From Eledone cirrhosa (taxonomy: Eukaryota): a DNA stretch of 64,000 nt. Location of the stretch: NCBI GenBank assembly GCA_964016885.1, contig OZ024756.1, positions 26,846,001 through 26,910,000 of the forward strand, read 5' to 3'. The position numbers and the translations under genes are program-made. Below the pieces are notes generated by a model. The model had not been told where the DNA came from. It saw only the letters and a program-made list of their open reading frames with translations, and did no database searches. Positions 40,854 through 56,588 of this stretch are shown one piece after another (the first letter of the stretch is position 1; each line of letters opens with the position of its first letter).

Positions 40854-40946
<93 letters not shown>

Positions 40947-41954
40947 ATCTTGAAGCTGATCATTGAAAAAGCACAAACTAAGATTGGATATGCAATATAT
41001 TGTCAAAGATCTACCAACTCTAAACAAGATCTTCCAATACATGAAGGCTATGAAAACATATACAACAGAAACTTTTAACTGCTTTATAGCTTCCCTTTGT
41101 TTTCCATTTTATTCTTTATCGTCTTTTCTTATGGTTCTCTTGTTTCCCTTTGCACCCTTCCTTTGTTTTATATCTCTGTCTACGTTGTTTTTGTTTCTTA
41201 ACTGTAAGGAGTACTAGGTATCTCCCCTAGTCTGTCATGACTTACTAGCTCTATACCGCATCGTCCTTCGCGCGGATTAAGGAAAGGGGCGCGTTCAGGC
41301 CTGAGGTAGAGGGGCCTGTTCGAAAAATATATTGCAGTTTCCATTTCATGCCGCAAAAACTGGCGATATGCCTGCGACCAGTCCTGGGAAGCGTGGAATG
41401 GACGCACAAAGATTGCATATCCTGAGACTTCAAATGAAGGGAGCAAACCGTGAGAATATATTTAAATTGATTGAATAATTAAATAAATAATAAATAGGTC
41501 TGCTCCCTATCAAATGGTAAAGCTGGTGCCATGATAAGAAGGAGCCAGTCAACCCTGTAAAATGGCAGTTTTGGTGCTATGATAAAAAAACACCCAGTCC
41601 ACCCTATCAAATGGTGGTGTTTGGTGCCATAACAAAAAAACATCCAGTGGTTGGCATTAGGAAGAGCATCTAGCCATAGAAACCATGCCAGAACAGATTG
41701 TATGGGTGAGATGCAGTGATATTACATATAAGGATAGTGATGATGATGATGATGACGATGACAATGATGACGATAATGATGATGATAATGATGATGGCGA
41801 TGATGATGATATATACATCCATCTGTATGAAGTCATCTTGGAGTAAATGTTATTATTGGAAGATATTATTAATAAGGTAGCTGAGAACAAGAGGTCAATG
41901 GAGGTTTGTGAGAGAACTCACTGTAATTACATCAGTTTCACCTCCACACTTAAC

Positions 41955-43130
<1,176 letters not shown>

Positions 43131-43491
43131 TCAGCACTATGCTATGGTTTGTGTTAACGTGTGTGTATGTGTATGTGTGTATGGAATACCGCATATTTCT
43201 GGTCTTCTCTGGTCTTCTGTGGTCTTTTTATATACCTTGAGTGGATAAATGTGGGTGAACGTGTGTGTGTGTGTGTGTGTGTGTAAATGTGTGTGTGTGT
43301 CTGTGTAAATGTGCGTGTGTGTGTGTGTGTGTGTAAATGTGTGTGTGTGTGTGTCTGTGTGGACGTATGTGTGTGTCTGTGTAGACGTATGTGTGTGTTT
43401 GTGGTTGTTAAGTACCGCATATTTCTGCTCTGCTCTGGTCCTGCTCTATACCTTGTGTAGATAACTGTGTGTAAACGTGTATGTATGTGGG

Positions 43492-43522
<31 letters not shown>

Positions 43523-43679
43523 ATGTGTGTGTGTATGCATGTGTGTGTGTGTATGTATATGTGTGTGTGTGGTTGTGGAGTACCGCATATTTCTGGTCTG
43601 GTCCGTTTATATACCTTGTGCGTATGTGTGTGTGAACCTCTCTGTGTGTGTGTGTGTGTGTGAGTCTGTCTAAATATGT

Positions 43680-43731
43680 GAACGTGTGTGCGTGTTTTCT
43701 GCAGTACAACATTGTGTGTGTGTGTGTAAAT

Positions 43732-43778
<47 letters not shown>

Positions 43779-43914
43779 CGTGTGTGAGTGTTTTCTGCAG
43801 TACAACATTGTGTGCATGTGTGTGTATATATGTGTGTGTGTGTAAATGTGTGTTGTGTGTGTGTGCGTGTGTGTGTGAACGTGTGTGAGTGTTTTCTGCA
43901 GTACATTGTGTGTA

Positions 43915-43951
<37 letters not shown>

Positions 43952-44060
43952 GTGTGTGTGTGTGTGCGTGTGTGAGTGAACGTGTGTGAGTGTTTTCTGC
44001 AGTAAAACATTGTGTATGTGTATGTGTGTGTGTGTTATGTGTATATATGTGTGTGTGTAA

Positions 44061-44120
<60 letters not shown>

Positions 44121-44430
44121 ATGCGTGTGTGTGTGAACGTGTGTGAATGTTTTCTGCAGTACAACATTGTGTGTATGTGTGTGCGTGTGTATGTGTGTAA
44201 ATCTGTGTGTATGTGTGTGTGTATGTATGTGTGTGTAAATCAGATGCGTGTGTGAATGTGTGTATGTGCATGTGTGAATGTTTTCTGCAGTACAACATTG
44301 TGTGTATGTGTGTGCGTGTGTATGTGTGTAAATCTGTGTGTATGTGTGTGTGTATGTATGTGTGTGTAAATCAGATGCGTGTGTGAATGTGTGTATGTGC
44401 ATGTGTGAATGTTTTCTGCAGTACAAATAT
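43680..44430. repeat. (TG)n-based minisatellite with recurring gttttctgcagtacaacattg core
   Basis: Core seen about 7 times, separated by degenerate TG repeats. Confidence 0.85.
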
Positions 44431-44692
44431 ATTTCTAGCTTGTTAGACAGTGTATTATCTTCTCATCAAATGGTTTACTATTGACTGTGTGTATAAGTGT
44501 AGAAGGGGAGAATTAGCAGAGTTGTTAAAACGTCGGATAGAATGCTTTGCGGTATTTCTACCGGACCTCTGCTGTTCCCGGGTTCAAATCTTGCCGAGGA
44601 GGTGAACTTTTTTTTTCATCCTTTCGAGGTCGATAAAATAAAGTACCAGTTATCTACTGGGGTCAGTTCTTCCTCTGTATCTGCTTCTTACT

Positions 44693-44771
<79 letters not shown>

Positions 44772-45021
44772 TCACCCCCTCTCTCTCTCATTCACTCATT
44801 CTCTCGCTCTCTCTCTGTTAATGGTGATAGTAGTAGTAGTAGTAGTAGTAGTAGTAGCAGTAGTAGCAGTAGTAGCAGTAGTAGCAGTAGTAGTAGTAGT
44901 AGTAGCAGTAGTAGCAGTAGTAGCAGTAGTAGTAGTAGTAGCAGTAGTAGCAGTAGTAGTAGTAGTAGTAGTAGTAGCAGTAGTAGCAGTAGTAGCAGTA
45001 GTAGTAATAGTAGTAGTGGTG

Positions 45022-45084
<63 letters not shown>

Positions 45085-45119
45085 ATAGTAGTAGCAGTAG
45101 TAGCAGTAGTAGTAGTAGC

Positions 45120-45161
<42 letters not shown>

Positions 45162-45209
45162 GGCAGTAGTAGTAGTAGTAGCAGTAGTAGTAGTAGTAGT
45201 AGTAGTAGC

Positions 45210-45263
<54 letters not shown>

Positions 45264-45323
45264 GGTGGTAGTAGTAGTAGTAATAGTAGTAGCAGTAGTA
45301 GCAGTAGTAGTAGTAGTAGTAGC

Positions 45324-45360
<37 letters not shown>

Positions 45361-45470
45361 ATAGTAGTAGTAGTAATAGTAGTAGTAGTAGTAGCAGTAG
45401 TAGCAGTAGTAGCAGCAGTAGTAGTAGTAGTAGTAGTGGTAGTAGTAGTAGTAGTAGTAGAAGTAGCAGC

Positions 45471-45526
<56 letters not shown>

Positions 45527-45683
45527 TGTTAAGTGTGGAGGTGAAACTGATGTAATTACAGTGAGTTCTCTCACAAACCTCCATTGACCTCTTGTTCTCA
45601 GCTACCTTATTAATAATATCTTCCAATAATAACATTTACTCCAAGATGACTTCATACAGATGGATGTATATATCATCATTATC

Positions 45684-45726
<43 letters not shown>

Positions 45727-46223
45727 CCATCATCACCACCATCATCATCATCATCATCATATAATAGATATCACACCGCCCGGTCTGTCTTCCTCTATTC
45801 TCCTTTCTTACCTTTACAATGCCACCTTCTCCTTTATCTTTACTTTGGCTACAATCCATATTATTCTCTTCTGTTTACCTAATTCTCTCCTTTATATATT
45901 TTATCCTTTAGTTAAGCCCTCGACACTGTTGTTTCCCTTCTTTGTCAGTTGACGCACTGCGCATGATTTTGTTTTCTTTATTTGTGTAATTCACCTAAAG
46001 CCATAACCTGTCTCTACCTGTTTTTTTTATAATCCCCCCCCCCCCCAATGTATATTAGAATTAATTGGTATCAACCTTTAAATAACCGAAATCGTAGTGA
46101 TTTCCAGGGATTGACTGAGTAGTTGGAACTCTTTCATCTTTTCGTTTTTCCCATTGTCTTTGTCTTTGTGTGCCCCCCTCTCTCTCCCTCTATCTATCTA
46201 TATATATGTGTGTGTGTGAGTGA

Positions 46224-46295
<72 letters not shown>

Positions 46296-47645
46296 GGTAA
46301 ACAGAAATAACAAAACGAATGGCACAGTACATGGAAGAAATATATTAGTTTAACGCTTGAAATAGCAGAGAGAGAATCTTAACGTTTCGGACACTAGATA
46401 GAGTTAGAAATAGAAGATAAATTGAAAATAAAAAGAGATGAGAGGAAGGAACGGGAAAAAATGAGAAAAAAAAGGGGAGAAAAAAAACACACGTGCATAT
46501 TCTGTCGGTTATCTTGGATATATATATATATATATATATATACGGGATAACAAATTATTGTTATAGGTAGTCCACTTAGATGTAGTCCAGTTAGGGTACT
46601 CTGAGTAGTGGATGGTATCAACGCTTGGCTAAGTTTGACTCAACAAGGCGTTTCCATAGTGATGTTGCGAGTGCGCGGTGATTTCTATGTACTTTACACT
46701 TGGAGTAATGATAAATCAAGAAAGAAGAGTGACACGGTTTGCTATACAAAAACGGCTTTAATCACATTGCTGACAATTGTTTCTCTGAACTGGTAGGTCT
46801 AGAGATCGCTACCCGCCTGTTTCTGCGTCAATCGATCACCAATACATAGTTATAACCAGTCAATTCATCAGAGAGTGGAACTGGCTTTGTGCAGTGCCTT
46901 TGCTCACTATAAAAGCTTCATGGCACAGGCATCGCTTTATATCTGGAGATCTCTCTGCACTTGTCCCATGGTACCATGGGCCCAACACTATGTGTCAATA
47001 ATTGTCACAAGTGTAGTGTTTGTACCAGAGTTTTCAAATCGCTGGTTGGACTAAAAAGTCACACTCGTTCAGCGCATCGGTAGGGGTTCTCCTACATGGA
47101 TATAAAGTAGTGGCCGTACCCGAAAACGAGTTGGCAGCCACTATGTATGTATGTATGTATGTATGTATGTATGTATGTATGTATGTATGTATGTATGTAT
47201 GTATAACTTAATTTTGTCCCTAAATTACATAATTAAAACTAAAACAGGTACGATAAAAGTTATTTCCCTTAAAATTTGTCGAGAATGCAAAGGGAGATAA
47301 CTTTACAGATGCATGTTCTTTAATTCTTCATTTTGTTTTAGTAACCTATCTATCTCTCTATCTTGGGCCTTCTCTCTATATAAGCCTGTAGGTTGAGGAA
47401 AAAGAGGAAGAGAGGAAGGGAGTACTCACTCTTGGTGCTCCTGGAGATGAGGGTTGTACATTTTTTCGGGGTGTGTACAACCCCTGTGTAACCCCCCCCC
47501 CTATTGGGGATTTCAATTGTTATTTGTTATTGTATTAATAGTTTTATTTTCATATACCTGTATGTAAACTCCCCATTTGTATTTGTCCCCTTCTTTTGTG
47601 CCCTTGTGGCTAATAAAGAAATTTATCTATCTATCTATCTATTTA

Positions 47646-47700
<55 letters not shown>

Positions 47701-47720
47701 TTATATCTATCTATCAGTTC

Positions 47721-47767
<47 letters not shown>

Positions 47768-47910
47768 GAGATCTCTCTCTTTCTCTCTTTGTCTCTCAAC
47801 CCTCCTACTCTCTCTCGGTCACAAACACACATACGCCCTCACACACACATGCAAACACACACACGCACACCCCCACACACACACATGTATATAAATAAAT
47901 ATATATATAT

Positions 47911-48019
<109 letters not shown>

Positions 48020-48162
48020 ATATATATATATTTATTTATATACATGTGTGTGTGTGGGGGTGTGCGTGTGTGTGTTTGCATGTGTGTGTGAGGGCGTATG
48101 TGTGTTTGTGACCGAGAGAGAGTAGGAGGGTTGAGAGACAAAGAGAGAAAGAGAGAGATCTC

Positions 48163-48213
<51 letters not shown>

Positions 48214-48233
48214 GAACTGATAGATAGATATAA

Positions 48234-48296
<63 letters not shown>

Positions 48297-48365
48297 TAAA
48301 TAGATAGATATATATATAGATAGATATATAAATAGATAGATATATAAATAGATAGATATATAAAT

Positions 48366-48432
<67 letters not shown>

Positions 48433-48434
<2 letters not shown>

Positions 48435-48806
48435 GTTGGTAGGGATTCTGTAGTGGAAACACGAACAAACGAGGAGTGTAATCAAAGAAGAGAAATAGGA
48501 CGAAGGTAAACATTCCAACTTTGTATTTTGAAAATTCGGATGCCACAGTATCTTTCTTGATTGCCTATTATAACATAGTGTAGCAATAATGGACTGAAAT
48601 TCTGATGAAACAATTGTTAATACGTGGATTAAATTCTTTTGTAACTGTTTACCTTCGTCCTATTTCTCTTCTTTGATTACACTCCTCGTTTGTTCGTGTT
48701 TCCACTACAGAATCCCTACCAACCTGTCGAGTCACCTTAACGTATGTTGAGAACTTTCCTCACAACTTGTTCTACCAAGCTTTGGAATACTCCTAATAAC
48801 TGAATA
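48433..48806. mobile_element. (TA)n-embedded element with ~80-bp inverted arms
   Basis: 48433-48511 is the reverse complement of 48646-48726; the spacer has GAAAC-aatt-GTT (HHR 3' half; similar at ~55770). Confidence 0.75.
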
Positions 48807-49688
48807 TATATATATATATATATATATATAATAACTGTTTCTATTTTAGGCACAAGGCCAGCAATTACCCAGTACATTACTGGTACTTTATTTTATCGAC
48901 CTCGTAAGGATGAAAGCAAAGTTAATCTCGGCATAGCTATATATAACTATAACGCCGAGCAACATGCTTTGCGGCCTAAAGTTACGTCCCTTTTCTGAGT
49001 TCAAATACTGCCGAGGTTAGCTTTGCTTTTCATTCTTACAGGGTCAATAAAATAAATCACCAGTAACGAACTTGGGTCGATTTAATCGATTTTCCTCTTC
49101 CCTTAAAATTGCTGGCCTTATCCCAAAATCAGAAGCCATCATTATCGTGGGCAGTGGATTGACAGAATCGGAAGAGCTTCGGGCAACGTTTTGCGGCCTA
49201 GAGTTACGTCCCTTTTTTCAGTTCAAATCTCGCTGAGGTTAGATTGCTTTACATATTTATGGGGTCGATAAAATAAAGTCCCAGTAACGGACTGGGTTCT
49301 ATTTCATCAACTTTCCTTTATTTCAAAATTGTTGCCCTATCTAACCCGACAAATTCCTTGCGATTAATGTGCGAGTAATCGCTATAATACTGTTTACTTT
49401 TAATTTGTTCTGTTGAAATGTCCAATTTTGTCAACAACGACAACAAGAACAAGAAGAACATCAGCAACGACGACAACAACAACGGCAACAACAACAAGAA
49501 CAAAAACAGCAACGGCAACAACAACAACGACAACAACAACAGCAACGACTTCAACAATAACAGCAGCAACGACAAAAACTGCAACAGCAACAAAGATGAC
49601 AGCAATGACAACAACAACAACGACGACAACAACAACAGCAGCAACGACACCACCACCACCACCAACAACAACAACAACGACGACGACG

Positions 49689-49728
<40 letters not shown>

Positions 49729-50177
49729 CGACAACGACAATAAGAACAACGACGACAACGACGACGACAACGGCAACAATAACATCAACAAAAATTAAAA
49801 ACAAAACAAAACGGCAACAACAACAATAACAGCGGCGACAACAACAACAACAACAACGACGACAACAACAACAACGACGACAACAACAACAACGACAACA
49901 ACAACAACGACAACTAAAACAACTAGAACAACCACGGCAACAACGACGACAACAAAAACGATAACAACAAAAATTAAAAACAAATCAGTAAAAAAGGAGA
50001 AGAAATAAAAGTAGGAAAAAAAAAAGAAATAAAGTGAAATAAAATTGTTCTGATGAAATGTAAAATATGTTGTAATGGGAATTTTACCAATTTATGTTAA
50101 GAAATTATTTTAGGAGTTTTGATAAAAATATTAAAAAATTTTTTTTTATCAAAAGGATTTTTTTCAACACGCTGACG

Positions 50178-50220
<43 letters not shown>

Positions 50221-50221
<1 letters not shown>

Positions 50222-50412
50222 GGAACAAGTAAGCCCCCGACGGCTGAGCTCAAGCCGTTTCGACGGCTAATTCTGTACTGAATTAGCCGTCGAAACGGCT
50301 TGAGCTCAGCCGTCGGGGTCTTACTTGTTCCTATTACCCACTCTACTACCCTAAGTATTGAGTACTTTGGTGCGTTATGGTCCACCTGGTTCCTTACCAC
50401 ATTTCCTTCGTT
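50221..50412 (+). mobile_element. Fold-back family A element (HHR 3' half); representative of 8 copies
   Basis: GAAAC-ggcttgagctcagcc-GTC-ggggtc plus tail ...gtattgagtactttggtgcgttatggtcc...ttcgtt|(TA)n. Other copies at about 17357-17549, 25235-25375, 38458-38598, 39556-39720, 55861-56058, 56587-56738, 58662-58833. Confidence 0.85.
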
Positions 50413-50490
50413 ATATATATATATATATTCTTTCTGCACCATTTCTTTAACATGTCCAACACCACCATTCTACACCAATACATATTATTA

Positions 50491-50529
50491 TCATTTGATA
50501 ATGCATAAAAATGCTGAAACCGGTAATAA
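50491..50529 (+). ncRNA. Minimal hammerhead-like motif, U3-A8 variant
   Basis: tcat-TTGATAA-tgcat-aaaa-atgct-GAAAC-cg-GTA-ataa; weak stem I. Confidence 0.55.
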
Positions 50530-50703
50530 ACAATTATTAAATATATAAATAAATGCTAAATAAATGTTAACTAATACCTTAACACTTCACACAAAGTAAA
50601 ATATTTCGTTTTAATCATTTTCTAACCCAGAAAGAAGAGAGAGAAAAAAATAAAAAGCGAAAAGAAAATATTTTTCTTCCTAATAATCGTTTTTTCTCCC
50701 TGT

Positions 50704-50745
<42 letters not shown>

Positions 50746-50825
50746 ATGTGTGTGTGTGTGTGTTTGTATATGTGTGTGAGTGTGTGTATGTGTATATGTA
50801 TACATTTATATGAATGAGTATATAA

Positions 50826-51050
50826 AAAATTAGATTAAGGAAGTTATATCTGAGAGTATCAGAATCATGCTCCATATCTATCACCTGTGGAAATATGCTC
50901 TAACATTTCAGGTAGTAAATCCGAGCATTTATTTTACATACATATGTCAATATGCTCAGATTTACTACCTGAAATCTTAGAGCATATTTCAACAACTGAT
51001 ATGGCGCATAATTCTGATACTCTTAGACATGACTTCCTTAATCTAATTTT
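50826..51050. mobile_element. Imperfect palindromic MITE-like element
   Basis: ~100-bp diverged inverted arms aaaattagattaaggaagt... / ...acttccttaatctaatttt; no HHR seen. Confidence 0.65.
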
Positions 51051-51644
51051 TGATATGTACAGCTCCTAGGTATATTTTAGTAGAGCTTATTATGTTGAAA
51101 GGGTTCGGCTTTTATTTCTAGCAGTCGATAACTCTTTTCACGCCACGAGCTTCACGGCCGGGCGACATGTATTTTTAAACTACACGTGCTTTTCCGCCGT
51201 TATTCCACGATTTGCTAGTAGTGTGTGATAATAGATGGTTAACTTTTCTCCTTTGGCCGATGATCCCAGATTTGACATCTATGGTTCACTGATTAATGGT
51301 GAAATATATTTCTTCAATGGAATATATACAAAGGAGATTAATCTTTATTGAAAGGTATCTATATTCTAGAGTCTTGTTTAATTTTTAATATGTTAGCCCC
51401 GTAACTATGTGTGGTTACACACTTCCCAAATTATCCCCTGTACTATGTATGAGTATACAAATATAAACGCGCAAACACGGACACATTTACAAAAATACAC
51501 ACTTACAGACATACATTCACACATACATTCATACAAACACACACACACATACACAGCATAACAACTGGAACGCCAGCCGCTGTTTCGCTATAGTTTTATC
51601 AATTGATATATCAATTGATATATCAATAGCTATGATATATCAAT

Positions 51645-52298
51645 AACTGTTTCTACTTTAGGCACAAGGCCAGCAATTACCCAGTGCATTACTGGTACTT
51701 TATTTTATCGACCCCGTAAGGATGAAAGGCAAAGTTAACCTCGGCGGGATTTGAACTCAGATCGTAAAGGGACGTAACTATGCTGGAAAACATGGCGTCC
51801 GACCCTCTACCGATACTGCCAATCCACCGCTATGATATATCAATAACACAGTAATTTATGTATAGCAAGATATACACACTAATTAATTATTTCTACTTTT
51901 GGCATAAGGCCAGCAATTATCCCAGTGTATGACTGGTACTTTATTTTATCGACCCCGTAAGGATGAAAGGCAAAGTTAATCTCGGCGGGATTTGAACTCA
52001 GACCATAAAGGGCCGTAAGTCTTTGTTGCAAAGCATATTGATATCGCCAACCCACCACCTATGATATACACACTAATTAATATTGATTTCTAGTATAGGC
52101 ACAAGGCCAGCAATTTCGAGGGAAGGGAAAGTCGATTAAATCGACCCAGTGCGTGACTGGTACTTTATTTTATCGACCCCGTAAGGGTGAAAAGCAAAGT
52201 TAAGCTCGGCGGGATTTGAACTCAGACCGTAAAGGGCCGTAACTCTATGCTGCAAAGCATGGTGTCTGACGTTCTACTGATACTGCCAATCCACCGCC
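51645..52298 (-). mobile_element. Three main-family SINEs
   Basis: Consensus units, apparently with flanking duplications (gctatgatatatcaataac; tacacactaatta). Confidence 0.85.
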
Positions 52299-52638
52299 TT
52301 TACACACTAATTACTATTAAAAACAATTTAATAGAAACAGAAAAAACTAGATTGGGAAGAAAGATTAAAATGTAAAATAAGAAAATATAAAAAAAAAAAG
52401 GAAGAGGCTATGTAGCCGGTAAGAGTGTCAGACACCATGAGCTGCGGCCCGAGTTAAGACAACTGTTAAGACAATTTGAAATCTTTTCCACCATCAATTG
52501 TTAAAAAGACAAGTTAAAATCATTTAGTCGCCCATTTGTAACGTACGTTAAGCTTTATTAATAATAATTATAAGGATAATTCTTCTTTTCAGAAATGCAG
52601 ACAAAATAGTACGGACATGTTTTTTTTTTTTAAGATAG

Positions 52639-52671
<33 letters not shown>

Positions 52672-53118
52672 AGAAGAAGAAGAAAAAACAACAGATAAAG
52701 TGTCCAGTTTATAAGACAGCTGTATACTTGATCCCATAACTTAAATACATTCTCTACGTCCACTTCCTCCTCTACACGTAAATACATAAATATATACACA
52801 TCTACACATAAATACATAAATAGATAGTGACAACAGAAGGAAGGGGCTGGTGAAACGATATAGCAAGGTGTGTTGCGTCCCTTTAGCGTTTACCGGCTAC
52901 ATAGCCTATTCGATATTAAAAACAATTTAATAGAAAAAGAAAAAAATAGATTGAGAAGAAAGAATAGAATGGAAAATAAGAAAATATGGAAAAAAACCTC
53001 CCGGAAAATGAAGGGAAAGGCAAGGGCTCAAGTGTTACAGAAGAGTGGGGAGGGGAAATGGGGGAGGGGTAATGAGGGAGGGAGAAGGGGGGGTGAGGGA
53101 GGGTGATGGGCTCTGGGC

Positions 53119-53340
53119 CTAGGGCGCGAGGGTAATGTGGGTGCGACCCGCGAACAAGACCGCAGAAGCATTTCCGCGGACAATGGCCAGCGAAACCCGC
53201 TGCAAAAGCCACCCCACCTTTGTGGGGCTCCTTCCACAGACGGCGCTGCTAGCGTTCCGATCTTGCGGGAAGAGCTCGACTGTACGGGGTCCAACTACGC
53301 CTGAGGTCCCCACGGTGACGACTGCGAAGCAATATGACAT
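53119..53340 (-). mobile_element. CRE-like non-LTR retrotransposon RLE C-terminal fragment
   Basis: FAVVTVGTSGVVGP...WLLQRVSLAIVRGNASAVL resembles the QRxSxAxxRGNA end of CRE-type ORFs; GC-rich island. Confidence 0.65.
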
Positions 53341-53542
53341 ATGCTGCAGATAAAATTTTATGACTTTATGCTATGGCGTTTTGATGAAAATGTATTTCCT
53401 TTTAAATTGTCTTAACGCGATTTAATCTCGTCTGTTTCTTTGATACTTAATCATCGGGCAACAAATTATATTTTAATAAAATATCGCCTTACCATATACC
53501 ACATACACATATACACATATGCATATGCACTCACTATCTGTA

Positions 53543-53585
<43 letters not shown>

Positions 53586-53710
53586 TAACCTTACACACAT
53601 ACACTCTCTCTTTATCACACACAGACATATACATAAACCTACACACATTCACTCTCTCTTTTTCTCACACATACACACAAATCTTACACGTATATACACA
53701 TGCTCACACA

Positions 53711-53790
<80 letters not shown>

Positions 53791-53796
53791 CACACA

Positions 53797-53851
<55 letters not shown>

Positions 53852-54361
53852 CACACAGTATATATATATATATATATTCTGGGGCGGGTAAAATTCCCGA
53901 TATATATATATATTTATACACATATATATATATATATATGTATACACAGTATATATATATATATATATATGTGTGTATATATATATATATGTATATATGT
54001 ATGTATATATATATATATATATATATATACACTCACTCACACACTAAACAAACGCATACATAGACATACTCACACACATACACAAACGCGCGCACACACA
54101 CACACACACACACTCATATATATATATATGTATATATAGGCATGTGTGTGTTCGTCTGTTTCTGTGTATGTGTATTTCTAATTAAAGCAACAATGTAGCT
54201 GAACAGGAATTATCAAAATGCCATGAAAATATTGTTTGCATACATAGAGACACATTAACATATATATTTATTTATATACATTAAACACATAAATGTATAA
54301 GATACATATGTTTGTGTGTATACATGTTTGTTTTTGTATACATACATACATACATACATGC

Positions 54362-55430
54362 ATGGTGGCTGCCAACTCGTTTTCGAGTACGGCCACTACT
54401 TTATATCCATGTAGGAGAACCCCTACCGATGCGCTGAACGAGTGTGACTTTTTAGTCCAGCCAGCGACTTGAAAACTCTGGTACAAACACTACACTTGTG
54501 ACAATTATTGACACATAGTGCTGGGCCCATGGTACCATGTGACGACAAGTGCAGAGAGATCTCCAGATATAAAGCAATGCCTGTGCCGTGAAGCTTTTAC
54601 ACATACATACATACATGCATGGTGGCTGCCAACTCGTTTTCGAGTACGGCCACTACTTTATATCCATGTAGGAAAACCCCTACCGATGCGTTGAACAAGT
54701 GTGACTTTTTAGTCCAGCCAGCGACTTGAAAACTCTGGTACAAACACTACACCTGTGACAATTATTGACACATGGTGCATACATACATACATGATGGCTG
54801 CCAACTCGTTTTCGAGTACGGCCACTACTTTATATCCATGTAGGAGAACCCCTACCGATGCGCTGAACGAGTGTGACTTTTTAGTCCAGCCAGCGACTTG
54901 AAAACTCTGGCACAAACACCCCACTTGTGACCATTATTGACATATAGTGCTGGGCCCATGGTACATGTGATGACAAGTGCAGAGATATCTCCAGATATAA
55001 AGCAATGCCTGTGCCGTGAAGCTTTTATAGTGAGCAAAGGCACTGCACAAAGCCAGTCCCACTCTCTTAACCAAGATGATATTTACCAAAAAGAAGAACA
55101 AGTCAACATCATTGGATACCATCAGAGTTGCAGGTGTTATATCAGAGTTTTCCTTCTCCTAGAATTCTGCCTTGACAAAGGCTAAGGGGTCATCTCTCCC
55201 TGTGATTTTGGATGGCCATTGACTCTTAAGAGCTCCTTTGCCCTTTGACAGGTCTTGTTTTTAGTCCTGCAGGATGTCCAAAGTCACCCTCCTCACCAAG
55301 AAACCTTGGTGGGGTTGCCAGTTTAGTCGCCAACGACCCGACCATGAGACAGGTTGTACTGGGATACATGTTACCAGTAGCACCAACTGGTGACCAACTG
55401 GTGACCTGACATACATACATACATACATAC
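54362..55430 (+). mobile_element. (CATA)n-flanked non-coding retroposon family, tandem partial copies
   Basis: Three starts (g/a)tggctgccaactcgttttcgagtacggccac after CATA repeats; ends gtgacctga|catacata. Relatives at 20670-20870, 46800-47142 (-), 55501-55710, 57395-58020. Confidence 0.75.
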
Positions 55431-56056
55431 ATACATACATACATACATACATACATACATACATACATACATACATACATACATACATACATACACACAT
55501 GATGGATGTCCCCTCTTTATCGAGTATGGTCATTGCACGATATACCATTATTAATAATTGTTAATTAATTCTATCGTGCAATGCCTGTGCGTAAAGATAT
55601 TTTTTAAAGTGAGGAAAGACTGTGCACTGAGCCAATCCCACTCTCTGAGCGACAGTAGCTATAACCCGAAAAGAAGAAAAGATCAACATCATCGGTAACT
55701 ACACACTGTAATTAAGGTCGAGTGACGTAATTTCTAGCGATCAACGGCCTTTAGACTCACCTGATTAATGAAACAATTGTTAATACTGTAAATAAAACCC
55801 TTTTTGTACAGCCGACCATGTTATTCTTCACACTTTCACTATATATATATATATATATATAACGAAGGAAATGTGGTAAGGAACCAGATGGACCATAACG
55901 CACCAAAGTACTCAATACTTAGGGTAGTAGAGTGGGTAATAGGAACGAGTAGGACCCCGACGGCTGAGCTCAAGCCGTTTCGACGGCTAATTCAGGACTA
56001 ATTCCAGAATTAGCCGTTGAAACGGCTTGAGCTCAGCCGTCGGGGTCCTACTCGTT

Positions 56057-56145
<89 letters not shown>

Positions 56146-56214
56146 AAAAAAAGATGAAATCAAAAATGCAACTGGAGTCTTATTTTTTAAAAAGATATAT
56201 ATATTTATTTGGTT

Positions 56215-56252
56215 CCTTTACCGGTTTCGCAGTTCTTCTGCTTTTCAAAAGG
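56215..56252 (-). ncRNA. Minimal type I hammerhead ribozyme, U3-A8 variant
   Basis: cctt-TTGAAAA-gcag-aagaa-ctgc-GAAAC-cg-GTA-aagg; all three stems pair. Confidence 0.75.
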
Positions 56253-56295
56253 TGAGTTGAGATGGAGGGTCTGTGGTTTTTCTCACATCTATATA

Positions 56296-56362
<67 letters not shown>

Positions 56363-56448
56363 GTAGGTCCCGGGTTGAGTCGGGGATAACCACAGTAAGT
56401 AAGGTACTCAATACATGGCAGAGTAAAATTTTTTTATTTTATAGAAGG

Positions 56449-56499
56449 AGCTTCTACAGGACTAGTACTGTTTCATTCAGATGAAATCTTCAGGAAGCT
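56449..56499 (-). ncRNA. Type I hammerhead ribozyme (family E)
   Basis: agcttc-CTGAAGA-tttc-atct-gaat-GAAACAG-tactagtc-CTGTA-gaagct. Confidence 0.8.
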
Positions 56500-56546
56500 C
56501 CCTGAAGATTTCATCTGAATGAAACAGTACTAGTCCTGTAGAAGCT
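56496..56546 (+). ncRNA. Type I hammerhead ribozyme (family E, mirror copy)
   Basis: Same core; stem I agctcc/gaagct has one mismatch. Confidence 0.7.
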
Positions 56547-56548
56547 CC

Positions 56549-56588
<40 letters not shown>

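Larger units (their letters stand above)
40486..40856. mobile_element. ~370-bp near-perfect palindrome ending in (TA)n with an HHR in each arm
   Basis: 40486-40668 is the reverse complement of 40674-40856. Confidence 0.85.
56362..56552. mobile_element. Fold-back family E element with HHRs on both strands
   Basis: Flanked by (TA)n; same family at 59501-59690 and 61332-61516, with tail-only pieces at 1-49, 16680-16725 and 37645-37740. Confidence 0.85.

Noticed and set aside
53090-53350. GC-rich island as a possible promoter or host exon
   Set aside because: Better explained as a CRE-like LINE fragment.
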